Assembly (NCBI GenBank): GCA_043813445.1
Contig: JBDRLD010000063.1
Span: 1-42,116, forward strand
DNA length: 42,116 nt
Direction of reading: 5' to 3'
Origin: Candidatus Uhrbacteria bacterium
GTDB taxonomy: Bacteria > Patescibacteriota > Patescibacteriia > JACPHY01
The notes beneath the pieces are model-generated. The model did not search any database and was not told the DNA's origin. It saw nothing but the letters and a program-made list of their open reading frames with translations. Positions 32,166 to 39,067 of this stretch are shown here, one piece after another; positions within the stretch are counted from its first letter, which is position 1, and the number at the start of each line of letters is the position of its first letter. A program made the position numbers and the translations under genes.

Positions 32166-32475
32166 GGAGTACGTACCCTCCTTTAAAGCCTTTCGAAGCA
32201 TTCCAGAGTTTTTAATAAGACGTTCTCGTTGCAGCGCTTCCTTTTTTGTGTCGTGTTCTTCCTGGTAGATGAGCGTATATGGGCGATGTGGTTTTGTCGA
32301 TTGAACTTTTCCTGCATTGTGTTCTCGAAGACGACGGGCGACATCATTTGTTTCCCCGATGTAAAGTGTTTTATTGGAGACGCTCTGTAGTACGTACACG
32401 AAATTCAACATAGGTGCGTCTCAGGCGTAGCCTGACCCGGCTACGCCGGGCTGACCACTAGACGATGGGGCCGGA
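32144..32475 (-). mobile_element. GIY-YIG gene cassette flanked by a 25-bp direct repeat of the tRNA-Glu 5' end
   Basis: CTGACCACTAGACGATGGGGCCGGA occurs at 32144-32168 and 32451-32475 (identical). It corresponds to tRNA positions -3 to +22. GC content between the repeats is lower than in the flanks. Confidence 0.5.
32151..32411 (-). CDS. GIY-YIG nuclease family protein
   Basis: 86 aa. FVYVLQS...LYIGETNDVARRLREHN is the GIY-YIG core, and a conserved E occurs in ALQRERLIK. The last 5 codons and the TAG stop lie inside tRNA-Glu. Confidence 0.8.
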   Translation of the reverse strand: MLNFVYVLQSVSNKTLYIGETNDVARRLREHNAGKVQSTKPHRPYTLIYQEEHDTKKEALQRERLIKNSGMLRKALKEGTYSGPIV

Positions 32476-32560
32476 AGAGTTGACAAGTTGAGAATGGATA
32501 GTTGATAGTTGCAGGACAGGCACAGGAACAGCAAACCACATACAATACACTACGTCAATC

Positions 32561-33841
32561 ATGGTAGCATGGTCGTACATGGGAGAGAAACAGACCATTC
32601 GCGTTCTCGGAATTGAGTCGTCATGCGATGAAACCGCGGCGGCCATTGTTCATGTTGCACGAACAAGGGATCGCGGGCGTTGGCGGTATGCGTTTGACGT
32701 GCGGTCGAATGTTGTTGCATCGCAGGTGAAGACGCACGCGAAGTACGGAGGCGTCGTTCCGGAAATCGCGGCACGCGCACATGTGGAGGCCATTATTCCG
32801 GTCATCGATGAGGCGGTTGGGCTACGGAAGTTCGACGCGGTTGCGGTGACGTCCGGGCCTGGTCTCGTCACATCGCTTGCGGTGGGCGTGGAGACTGCAC
32901 GGACCATCGCGTTCGCGCGTCAGCTCCCGGTCATCGGGGTGAATCATATTGAGGGTCATATCCTCTCTGCCCTACTCAAGCCAGGCAGAGAGGAACAAGG
33001 AACAGGAAATAGAAGACAAGAAACTCAGCACGTTCCCATGTCCCATGTCTCTTATCCCATGTTCCCTACAGTTTGTCTCGTCGTCTCAGGCGGTCATACC
33101 GAGCTGCTGCTGATGCGGGGATGGGGGAAGTACGAGCTGATTGGCGCGACACGGGATGATGCGGTTGGTGAAGCGTTCGATAAGGTGGCAAAGCTGCTCG
33201 GCCTCGGGTATCCGGGCGGGCCAATCGTATCGCAGCGTGCGGCGCAGGGCGATGCAGCGGCGTTTGATCTTCCGCGACCGATGATGGATTCGGATGACTT
33301 TGATTTTTCGTTCTCTGGGTTGAAGACTGCGGTGCGTTACATGATTTCTCCACCTCCTGCGAGGAGGGGGAGAGTAAGAGGGGGTCGTGCGCGAGCAGTC
33401 ATCTCTGAGCGTAATCGAATCGTCAACAATACCACCCCCTCTCACTCCCCCTGCGGGGCAAGGGGAGAACCGTCCGAGGCGGAAGGGGGGGAACAAGTTG
33501 GGACGCCCAAACGCCGGAAAGAGGTCTCCGATATCTGCGCGAGCTTCCAGCAAGCGGCTGTCGATGTGCTCGTGGCGAAGACGGTGCGCGCGGCGCGGGA
33601 GTTTGGCGCGAAGGCCGTGCTGCTTGGTGGGGGCGTGGCGGCGAATACGCAACTCCGTCATCAACTCGGCAATGCGCTGCAGCAAGAGATACCAGCTATC
33701 ACCTATCACCTATCAACTATCAATTACTGCGGTGATAACGCGGCCATGATCGCCGCGGCAGGTGGTGTGCGGCTCCTCTCGGGACAGCAGACGCCATGGA
33801 AACGACTTGATGTAAATCCGAATTGGGAGTTAGGGAGGTAA
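32561..33841 (+). CDS. tsaD: tRNA N6-adenosine threonylcarbamoyltransferase TsaD
   Basis: Motifs VLGIESSCDETAAA, YGGVVPEIAARAH, NHIEGH, VSGGHTEL, FSFSGLKT and GDNAAMIA. An alternative start lies at 32579. Three repeat-derived insertions are present. Confidence 0.9.
   Translation: MVAWSYMGEKQTIRVLGIESSCDETAAAIVHVARTRDRGRWRYAFDVRSNVVASQVKTHAKYGGVVPEIAARAHVEAIIPVIDEAVGLRKFDAVAVTSGPGLVTSLAVGVETARTIAFARQLPVIGVNHIEGHILSALLKPGREEQGTGNRRQETQHVPMSHVSYPMFPTVCLVVSGGHTELLLMRGWGKYELIGATRDDAVGEAFDKVAKLLGLGYPGGPIVSQRAAQGDAAAFDLPRPMMDSDDFDFSFSGLKTAVRYMISPPPARRGRVRGGRARAVISERNRIVNNTTPSHSPCGARGEPSEAEGGEQVGTPKRRKEVSDICASFQQAAVDVLVAKTVRAAREFGAKAVLLGGGVAANTQLRHQLGNALQQEIPAITYHLSTINYCGDNAAMIAAAGGVRLLSGQQTPWKRLDVNPNWELGR
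32982..33067. repeat. inverted heptamer arrays (GGAACAN / ATGTCCC) inside tsaD
   Basis: AGAGGAA CAAGGAA CAGGAAA TAGAAGA CAAGAAA ... CGTTCCC ATGTCCC ATGTCTC TTATCCC ATGTTCC. Confidence 0.75.
33348..33467. repeat. two inverted GC-rich units inside tsaD
   Basis: CTCCACCTCCTGCGAGGAGGGGGAGAGTAAGAGGGGGT (33348-33385) and its approximate reverse complement ACCCCCTCTCACTCCCCCTGCGGGGCAAGGGGAG (33434-33467). Confidence 0.75.
33696..33726. repeat. heptamer array (AGTTGAT family, reverse orientation) inside tsaD
   Basis: GCTATCA CCTATCA CCTATCA ACTATCA ATT is the reverse complement of the AGTTGAT/AGGTGAT units. Confidence 0.75.
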
Positions 33842-33903
33842 CCATGTGCTGATCGTGGATTGAGTTCCTCCGAAATGCGATCAGTACGGCAAAACTATTC
33901 CAC

Positions 33904-34455
33904 ATGAAAGAGAAATACACGAGCCACAGCGAAGAGGAGACTATGCGGATCGCGGCAACGCTTGCGGCCGAGCTTCATGGTGGCGAGGTGGTGCTGCTCG
34001 AGGGGGAGCTTGGTGCGGGGAAGTCTGTGTTTGTTCGTGGGCTCGCGCACGCGCTCGGTGTCACGCACCGCATGCCAAGCCCCACCTTTGTGCTTATGCG
34101 CGTGTACGGAATGAAACAGACGGAGAATAGAGAACAGAGAACAAAGAATCGGATCCCCACCCCCTCTCACTCCCCCTCCCGGCGGGAGGAGGAGAAAAGA
34201 AAGTGTTCCATGTCCACCAGCCATTCCTTCGCTCAGTCGCTTCGTTATTTCATCCACGTCGACGCGTACCGTGTGAACGACGCGCAGGAGCTTGATGCAA
34301 TCGGCCTACGCGAGTGGCTTGGCCGTGAAGATGCGATTGTCGCCATCGAGTGGGGCGAGCGTGTAGCACCGACATTACGCGACATACGTATTATCCAAGT
34401 CCTCCTGTCCATTGGACGCACGGCGGAAATGCGGAGCATTCACATCGTGCGGTAA
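33904..34455 (+). CDS. tsaE: tRNA threonylcarbamoyladenosine biosynthesis ATPase TsaE
   Basis: P-loop LEGELGAGKSVFVRG, SPTFVL and HVDAYR motifs. Carries an insertion of about 40 aa made of repeat DNA. Confidence 0.85.
   Translation: MKEKYTSHSEEETMRIAATLAAELHGGEVVLLEGELGAGKSVFVRGLAHALGVTHRMPSPTFVLMRVYGMKQTENREQRTKNRIPTPSHSPSRREEEKRKCSMSTSHSFAQSLRYFIHVDAYRVNDAQELDAIGLREWLGREDAIVAIEWGERVAPTLRDIRIIQVLLSIGRTAEMRSIHIVR
34117..34230. repeat. composite repeat element inside tsaE (heptamer arms flanking a GC-rich unit)
   Basis: CAGACGG AGAATAG AGAACAG AGAACAA AGAATCG, then ACCCCCTCTCACTCCCCCTCCCGGCGGGAGGAGGAG, then GTGTTCC ATGTCCA CCAGCCA. Confidence 0.75.
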
Positions 34456-34625
34456 TTGTGGTAGCGTACAAACGAGCCGTTCAGTAGATTACGGCGATGC
34501 ACGAGGAGATGTTGACGGACAAAGAGCTCGATGATGAGCATATTGGGTTTATTTGGCGCGCGTTTGTACTACCGAGAGCACACACTGCCGCGAGCGGGTG
34601 AGTAGGAGGGTCAGCAAAGAGGAAT

Positions 34626-34657
34626 GGAAAGCGGCCCCCGAATATGTCGGGGGCCGC
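34626..34657 (-). terminator. intrinsic terminator of the TraR-type operon
   Basis: GCGGCCCCCGA-ATATG-TCGGGGGCCGC. Confidence 0.6.
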
Positions 34658-34674
34658 TTCAGCACACGTGTGCA

Positions 34675-34971
34675 CTAGGACGTGCGTGGGTTTCTTCGCT
34701 GGAGTTCAGCGAGTGCCTTGCGGATTGTGCGGCAGAATTCTTCGTAGCTCCTGTTGCCGTCTTGAAATATCGTGCGGAGCTGATCCGTTGAGAGCTGTTC
34801 CAGAGTGCGCTCCTCCTCGTCATCGAAGTCCGATTCGAGTCGGAAGGTGTCGCGGATGGTTTCACGCCAGATGGGCAGGAGCACCTCCTCGAGTGTCGTG
34901 CTCGTCCCGGAAGCCAGCAGCACTGTTGCTGCGCGCTTCAAGCCATACTGCCAAACACCGCGTGCGTTCAT
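34675..34971 (-). CDS. hypothetical small protein, paralogue of 34989..35270
   Basis: 98 aa. Shares W..GL..AA..L......E..L.PIWR and F.DEE...IF.....FC..R.A...L.RR with the upstream gene. Confidence 0.55.
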   Translation of the reverse strand: MNARGVWQYGLKRAATVLLASGTSTTLEEVLLPIWRETIRDTFRLESDFDDEEERTLEQLSTDQLRTIFQDGNRSYEEFCRTIRKALAELQRRNPRTS

Positions 34972-34988
34972 CGCTCCCCCTGTTATCC

Positions 34989-35270
34989 TTAGCCGCGATG
35001 GCGGCGTGCAAGTATCTCGAATGCATCCCGGGCGACTCCGCAGAATGCATCGAAGCTGTAGGTTCCGGTGAATATGGCCAGCACATCAACGTCGGGCATC
35101 GCGGAGAATGCACCCCCCTCTTCATCGGTGAATCCTGGCCCTGCCTGGAGCATTGTCAGGATCATCGCGCGCCAGATCGGAAAGAGCGTTTCCTCGATCG
35201 GTGCGGAGGATACCGCGAGCGTGCGAGCAGCGGTTCGAAGGCCGTCCTTCCAGGTGGTACGCAGGGTCAT
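34989..35270 (-). CDS. hypothetical small protein, paralogue of 34675..34971
   Basis: The ATG at 35270 overlaps the TraR/DksA stop as ATGA. 93 aa (MTLRTTWKDGLRTAARTL...). Confidence 0.55.
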   Translation of the reverse strand: MTLRTTWKDGLRTAARTLAVSSAPIEETLFPIWRAMILTMLQAGPGFTDEEGGAFSAMPDVDVLAIFTGTYSFDAFCGVARDAFEILARRHRG

Positions 35271-35548
35271 GTTTCCCTCCGCTCGTATCGCTCCTGGCAC
35301 ACAACGCATCGCGTTGCGGATGGTCGTGCGAACATTCGGTCGTCGCCAATGGGCTCCTCGCAGTCCTCGCAGATGCAATGGCGCTCTTCGTCGATTCGGG
35401 CGAGCGCGCGGCGAACTTGTGGGAGTGCGATGTTGATCTTGTGTGCGAGGCGGATCGGAGCGAGATACTCGCGTGCGATTTCGGCGGTGATGGCTCGCTC
35501 TCGTTCGAGAAGGAACGAGCGCGGTTCGCCACGTTGTGATGCGGCCAC
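35267..35548 (-). CDS. TraR/DksA family C4-type zinc-finger protein
   Basis: CEDC-x17-CVVC zinc finger at the C-terminus. GTG 35548 has GGGAGGA upstream and lies downstream of the promoter, whereas the ORF-track ATG 35611 lies upstream of the predicted TSS. Confidence 0.7.
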   Translation of the reverse strand: MAASQRGEPRSFLLERERAITAEIAREYLAPIRLAHKINIALPQVRRALARIDEERHCICEDCEEPIGDDRMFARPSATRCVVCQERYERRET

Positions 35549-35598
35549 GACTCCTCCCTTTGTGAAAGATCTATTCGCTGACAGTGAGCTATCTGGGC

Positions 35599-35627
35599 AG
35601 CATAGCAGCACCCTTCCGGGATGTCAA
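35599..35627 (-). promoter_or_regulatory. promoter TTGACA-N17-TATGCT
   Basis: Minus-strand hexamers at 35622-35627 and 35599-35604. Confidence 0.6.
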
Positions 35628-35656
35628 GGTCCGTACAGTTAACACTAAACATGGTG

Positions 35657-35685
35657 TTGACAGCATTTTTGGCTTGTGGTACGGT
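35657..35685 (+). promoter_or_regulatory. promoter TTGACA-N17-TACGGT
   Basis: Hexamers at 35657-35662 and 35680-35685, back to back with the minus-strand promoter 30 nt away. Confidence 0.55.
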
Positions 35686-35730
35686 GCATCTGCTCAGTCC
35701 GTGAGCATGTAATGGAGAGAGGAGACAATC

Positions 35731-36036
35731 ATGGCACAGCACGGTGCTCGCAACGCAATCGTCGATTTCGGAGAGGTCCGCGAGTGTGTGCAGGGCGCTG
35801 GCGACATCATCCGAACTGCAATTCAGGCGGCTGGGGGTACCACCGAAGAGGTGCGCCCAGGACGCCTAATCATCGATCTTCCAGGAGAGACAAGACGTGT
35901 TGAGGTGTCGATCACGGAGGACGACTACCTTCCACGCGTACTCGAGTGCTTTCAGAGAGAGGGGAGGACAATTCCCCCCACTCTCCGGCAGGTCTTCATC
36001 GAACGAGGCCTCCTCGATCCCGAGGAAGCCCCGTAG
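35731..36036 (+). CDS. hypothetical protein
   Basis: 101 aa. GAGAGGAG lies upstream of the ATG. No family recognised. Confidence 0.5.
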   Translation: MAQHGARNAIVDFGEVRECVQGAGDIIRTAIQAAGGTTEEVRPGRLIIDLPGETRRVEVSITEDDYLPRVLECFQREGRTIPPTLRQVFIERGLLDPEEAP

Positions 36037-36057
36037 TATGTGTGCGAAGATGACAGG

Positions 36058-37341
36058 TCATGATCCCATGACCTGCTTTATTTTTTGGACTAGTTCCTGG
36101 GAGGGGGAATTAAGTTCTTCTACGGAAGTGATAATATCCGCGGCTACGTCGAGGAAGCGATTTTGTACTTTTAAGTACTTACCAACATCGTTTACATCCT
36201 GCTCGTTGAGCACTTCAAAACCAAGCAGCACCCTTGCATTCACATGCGGCATGAGCTGCTTTCGCGTTAGTGGACGTTTTCTCTCTGTGCCGGTTACGCA
36301 GCGCCTCTTCGGATCAATAATTTCGCGAATAGATATTACGTCCGCACCTGTCGTGAGTGCTCCGTCAAGTTGATCGAGGAGATTACGCTTCGCCTTATTC
36401 AACCTACGCCCCTCAGTGGCATCGAGCGATTTTTGAGTAGTGAGCTGCCAGACCATTCTGAGCACGTCAGAGTCCAGTGCTACGAAACACGAACCGGAAG
36501 TTTGCGATTTTGCGCGCCCCTCTGCAATGATTTTATCGTTATATTCTTCCCTGCTAGAATCCCGAAGCTTGAGCGTCTTTTGGTTGAGACGGAAGCGTCG
36601 ACTCCCAATCATAAGCACGAGATCCTCGCCGTGCGCGTAGTCATCTCTCGGTAGGCTGTGTGTGATAACCACGCGGTGTTCGACGCCCTTCTCTCGTGCC
36701 CATCGACGAATGAGCAACGTGATTTGGTGCTCCGATCGAATTCCAAAGTCCTCCTCATTGAGAATGTGGCCCATGAGACGTTTCTCGATTACCTCGAGCA
36801 CCTTCGTGCGGTCCGCGGGATCTTGAATGCGGATCGCTTGGAGGTATTTGAGATCTCCACTGAGCGTTTCCGCATCACCCCGCCTAATCGATCTAGTCGA
36901 CCAGTCTAGTTGTGACTTCGCAGAGGTGTAAAGCTGCTGCGCATCCTCCTCGAGCGTAGAGAGTTTCTGTTGTCCATGTTTTATGTCCTCACTGTCGGCG
37001 TCGTACTGCGCAAATGCCTCAGCATACTGCGCCTGGCTGACGTTTTCTAGTGTCGGGTCGCCATGTGTTTTTTCGAGTTCTGTGAAAAAACCAAGATGTA
37101 GGTTTGTCGCGACTTCGTGTAGAGCGGTTGCTTGGAAGACATCGAGGAATCGTGCATCAAAACCGTGTCGTACAGCTTCCTGGCGTAGCGAATCAAGATG
37201 CTGTTCGAGTTCCTGGCTGGACATTGCTTTCTCAAACAGGAAACGACGCTCGAGTTTATCGACGTCGTGCTCCCACTCCCTCCGTACTTGTTCAGGAGGG
37301 CGCTCCTTTGGCATTTCAGTGCGTCGCTGTCCTATATGCAT
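36058..37341 (-). CDS. hypothetical protein (427 aa)
   Basis: ATG 37341 lies 1 nt after the pilB stop (the ORF-track start 37371 overlaps pilB). GC content is lower than in the neighbours. No family recognised. Confidence 0.6.
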   Translation of the reverse strand: MHIGQRRTEMPKERPPEQVRREWEHDVDKLERRFLFEKAMSSQELEQHLDSLRQEAVRHGFDARFLDVFQATALHEVATNLHLGFFTELEKTHGDPTLENVSQAQYAEAFAQYDADSEDIKHGQQKLSTLEEDAQQLYTSAKSQLDWSTRSIRRGDAETLSGDLKYLQAIRIQDPADRTKVLEVIEKRLMGHILNEEDFGIRSEHQITLLIRRWAREKGVEHRVVITHSLPRDDYAHGEDLVLMIGSRRFRLNQKTLKLRDSSREEYNDKIIAEGRAKSQTSGSCFVALDSDVLRMVWQLTTQKSLDATEGRRLNKAKRNLLDQLDGALTTGADVISIREIIDPKRRCVTGTERKRPLTRKQLMPHVNARVLLGFEVLNEQDVNDVGKYLKVQNRFLDVAADIITSVEELNSPSQELVQKIKQVMGS

Positions 37342-37342
37342 A

Positions 37343-39067
37343 TTACTCGGACACCCTAAATACCTCCTCAATGCTCGTCACGCCGTCGAGTGCTTTCAAG
37401 ATGCCGTCTTGAACCATGGTCACCATGCCCGCCTTTTGCGCGAGCTCTGCCATCTGATATTCAGAAACCTTTCCGGACAGCACAACATCCTCGATCTCTT
37501 TGGACATGATGAGGATTTCGTAGATGCCGACGCGGCCCTTGTATCCGGTTTGCGTGCACTCGTCGCAGCCTTTGCCGCGGAAGAACGAGAGTTCCTTTGT
37601 CTCGGCTTCCGCACGCTCCGCCTCGGGTATTTGTGCGATGATTTCCTGAACACGAGTCCGCTCTTCATCGGTAAGCGGTGCGGGTTCTCGACATGCCTCG
37701 CAGACTTTGCGGACGAGCCGTTGTCCAATGATTGCGTTCAATGCCGGCGCGAGAAGGAATGGTTTTACCCCCATGGATAGGAAGCGGGGGATTGCACCAG
37801 CGGCGGAGTTCGTGTGGATGGTCGAGAGCATGAGGTGGCCGGTCAGTGCTGCCTGAATGGCGACCTCGGAAGTTTCGAGGTCACGAATTTCTCCAACCAT
37901 TACGATATCTGGATCCTGACGGAGGATAGCGCGCAGCCCCTTTGCAAAGGTGTATTCGCGTGACGGGTCGATCTGGCTCTGGTTGATGCCCTTCAGCTTA
38001 TACTCGATCGGATCTTCGAGTGTAATGATTTTTGTCTTCTCCGTGTTCAGCTTCAAGAGAACGGAGTAGAGCGTCGTCGTCTTTCCGCTGCCGGTTGGGC
38101 CAGTGGTGACAATCATGCCGTTCGGACGCCCCACTTCGCGCGTGAGCTGCTCAAAGGCGCGTCCGCGAATCCCGAGATCGGCGAATTCCAGTCCGGTTTT
38201 CGACGACATGAGGAGGCGCATGACGACGCTTTCTCCCCACGAGGTTGGGAGCGTCGAGACGCGGACATCGATGGAATCCTCGGCGAGTGCGATGGTGATA
38301 CGGCCGTCCTGCGGGACACGATCCACGTTCATCTTGAGTCCGGCGAGCAGCTTCAATCGGCTGATCAGTTGCGACCAGCGCTGTTTTGGAATTATCGCAA
38401 CATTCTTGAGTACGCCGTCAATCCGGTAACGAAGTGCGACGCCTTCCTCTTCCGCCTCAATGTGGATGTCCGACGATCGTACGCGGATCGCACCGACGAG
38501 CACAAGTGTGACGAGATCGGATGTGTCGACGCGCTCGAAAAGCTGCTCCAGGGCAGTAAGGTCTTTGAGTTGTTCGGTGACGCGTGTGAAATCATCAGCA
38601 CTGATCGTCACTTGTTTCTCCACCGGATGAATAGTCGGCACCGCGTCGTAGAGTTTCATCGCGTGCGCGAAGCTCTCTTCGGAAATTGCATAGCGCTGCG
38701 CGTTCGCCGAGTGGCGTTCGCCGAGCTGGAAGACGAGTTCTCGCACCGCTTCCGCCTCTGGATCAATCGCTCCGACGCGAATTTCCGATCCCGAGTGCAG
38801 GAAGCAGATCACGCGGAGCTCCTCCGCTTGTTCACGCGGGATGCTGAGCAGTGTTTCCGGACTAATGACAAACCCCTTGAGGTTGACGGATCCGACACCG
38901 AGACGTTGTGCAAGCTCCTCAACTTCGCGCTCGCGCGCGGAGAGAGTGAGTTCGTGCATCTTTGCGGTGAACTGCTCTGCGATGTTCTCATTGGTGATTT
39001 TCGCGTGCTGCGACGGTGTAGGCATACGGTTGAGGCCACGGTTCATGATCGTGATCGGGCGAGCCAT
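37343..39067 (-). CDS. pilB: type II/IV secretion ATPase (PilB/GspE family)
   Basis: Walker A GPTGSGKTTT, ILRQDPDIVMVGEIRD (Walker B/Asp box), a His box and a C-terminal CxxC...CxxC cluster (CEACR...CDEC). Alternative starts lie at 39046 and 39025. Confidence 0.9.
   Translation of the reverse strand: MARPITIMNRGLNRMPTPSQHAKITNENIAEQFTAKMHELTLSAREREVEELAQRLGVGSVNLKGFVISPETLLSIPREQAEELRVICFLHSGSEIRVGAIDPEAEAVRELVFQLGERHSANAQRYAISEESFAHAMKLYDAVPTIHPVEKQVTISADDFTRVTEQLKDLTALEQLFERVDTSDLVTLVLVGAIRVRSSDIHIEAEEEGVALRYRIDGVLKNVAIIPKQRWSQLISRLKLLAGLKMNVDRVPQDGRITIALAEDSIDVRVSTLPTSWGESVVMRLLMSSKTGLEFADLGIRGRAFEQLTREVGRPNGMIVTTGPTGSGKTTTLYSVLLKLNTEKTKIITLEDPIEYKLKGINQSQIDPSREYTFAKGLRAILRQDPDIVMVGEIRDLETSEVAIQAALTGHLMLSTIHTNSAAGAIPRFLSMGVKPFLLAPALNAIIGQRLVRKVCEACREPAPLTDEERTRVQEIIAQIPEAERAEAETKELSFFRGKGCDECTQTGYKGRVGIYEILIMSKEIEDVVLSGKVSEYQMAELAQKAGMVTMVQDGILKALDGVTSIEEVFRVSE

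Noticed and set aside
32458-32646. 62-aa minus-strand ORF ending in SSGPIV
   Set aside because: Its C-terminus is simply the duplicated tRNA-Glu fragment read in the same frame as in the GIY-YIG gene. The rest overlaps the tsaD start region and promoter.
34497-34601. 34-codon plus-strand ORF (MHEEMLTDKELDDEHIGFIW...) between tsaE and the bidirectional terminator
   Set aside because: It has no SD and is very short, so coding cannot be judged from one sequence. It is left unannotated.
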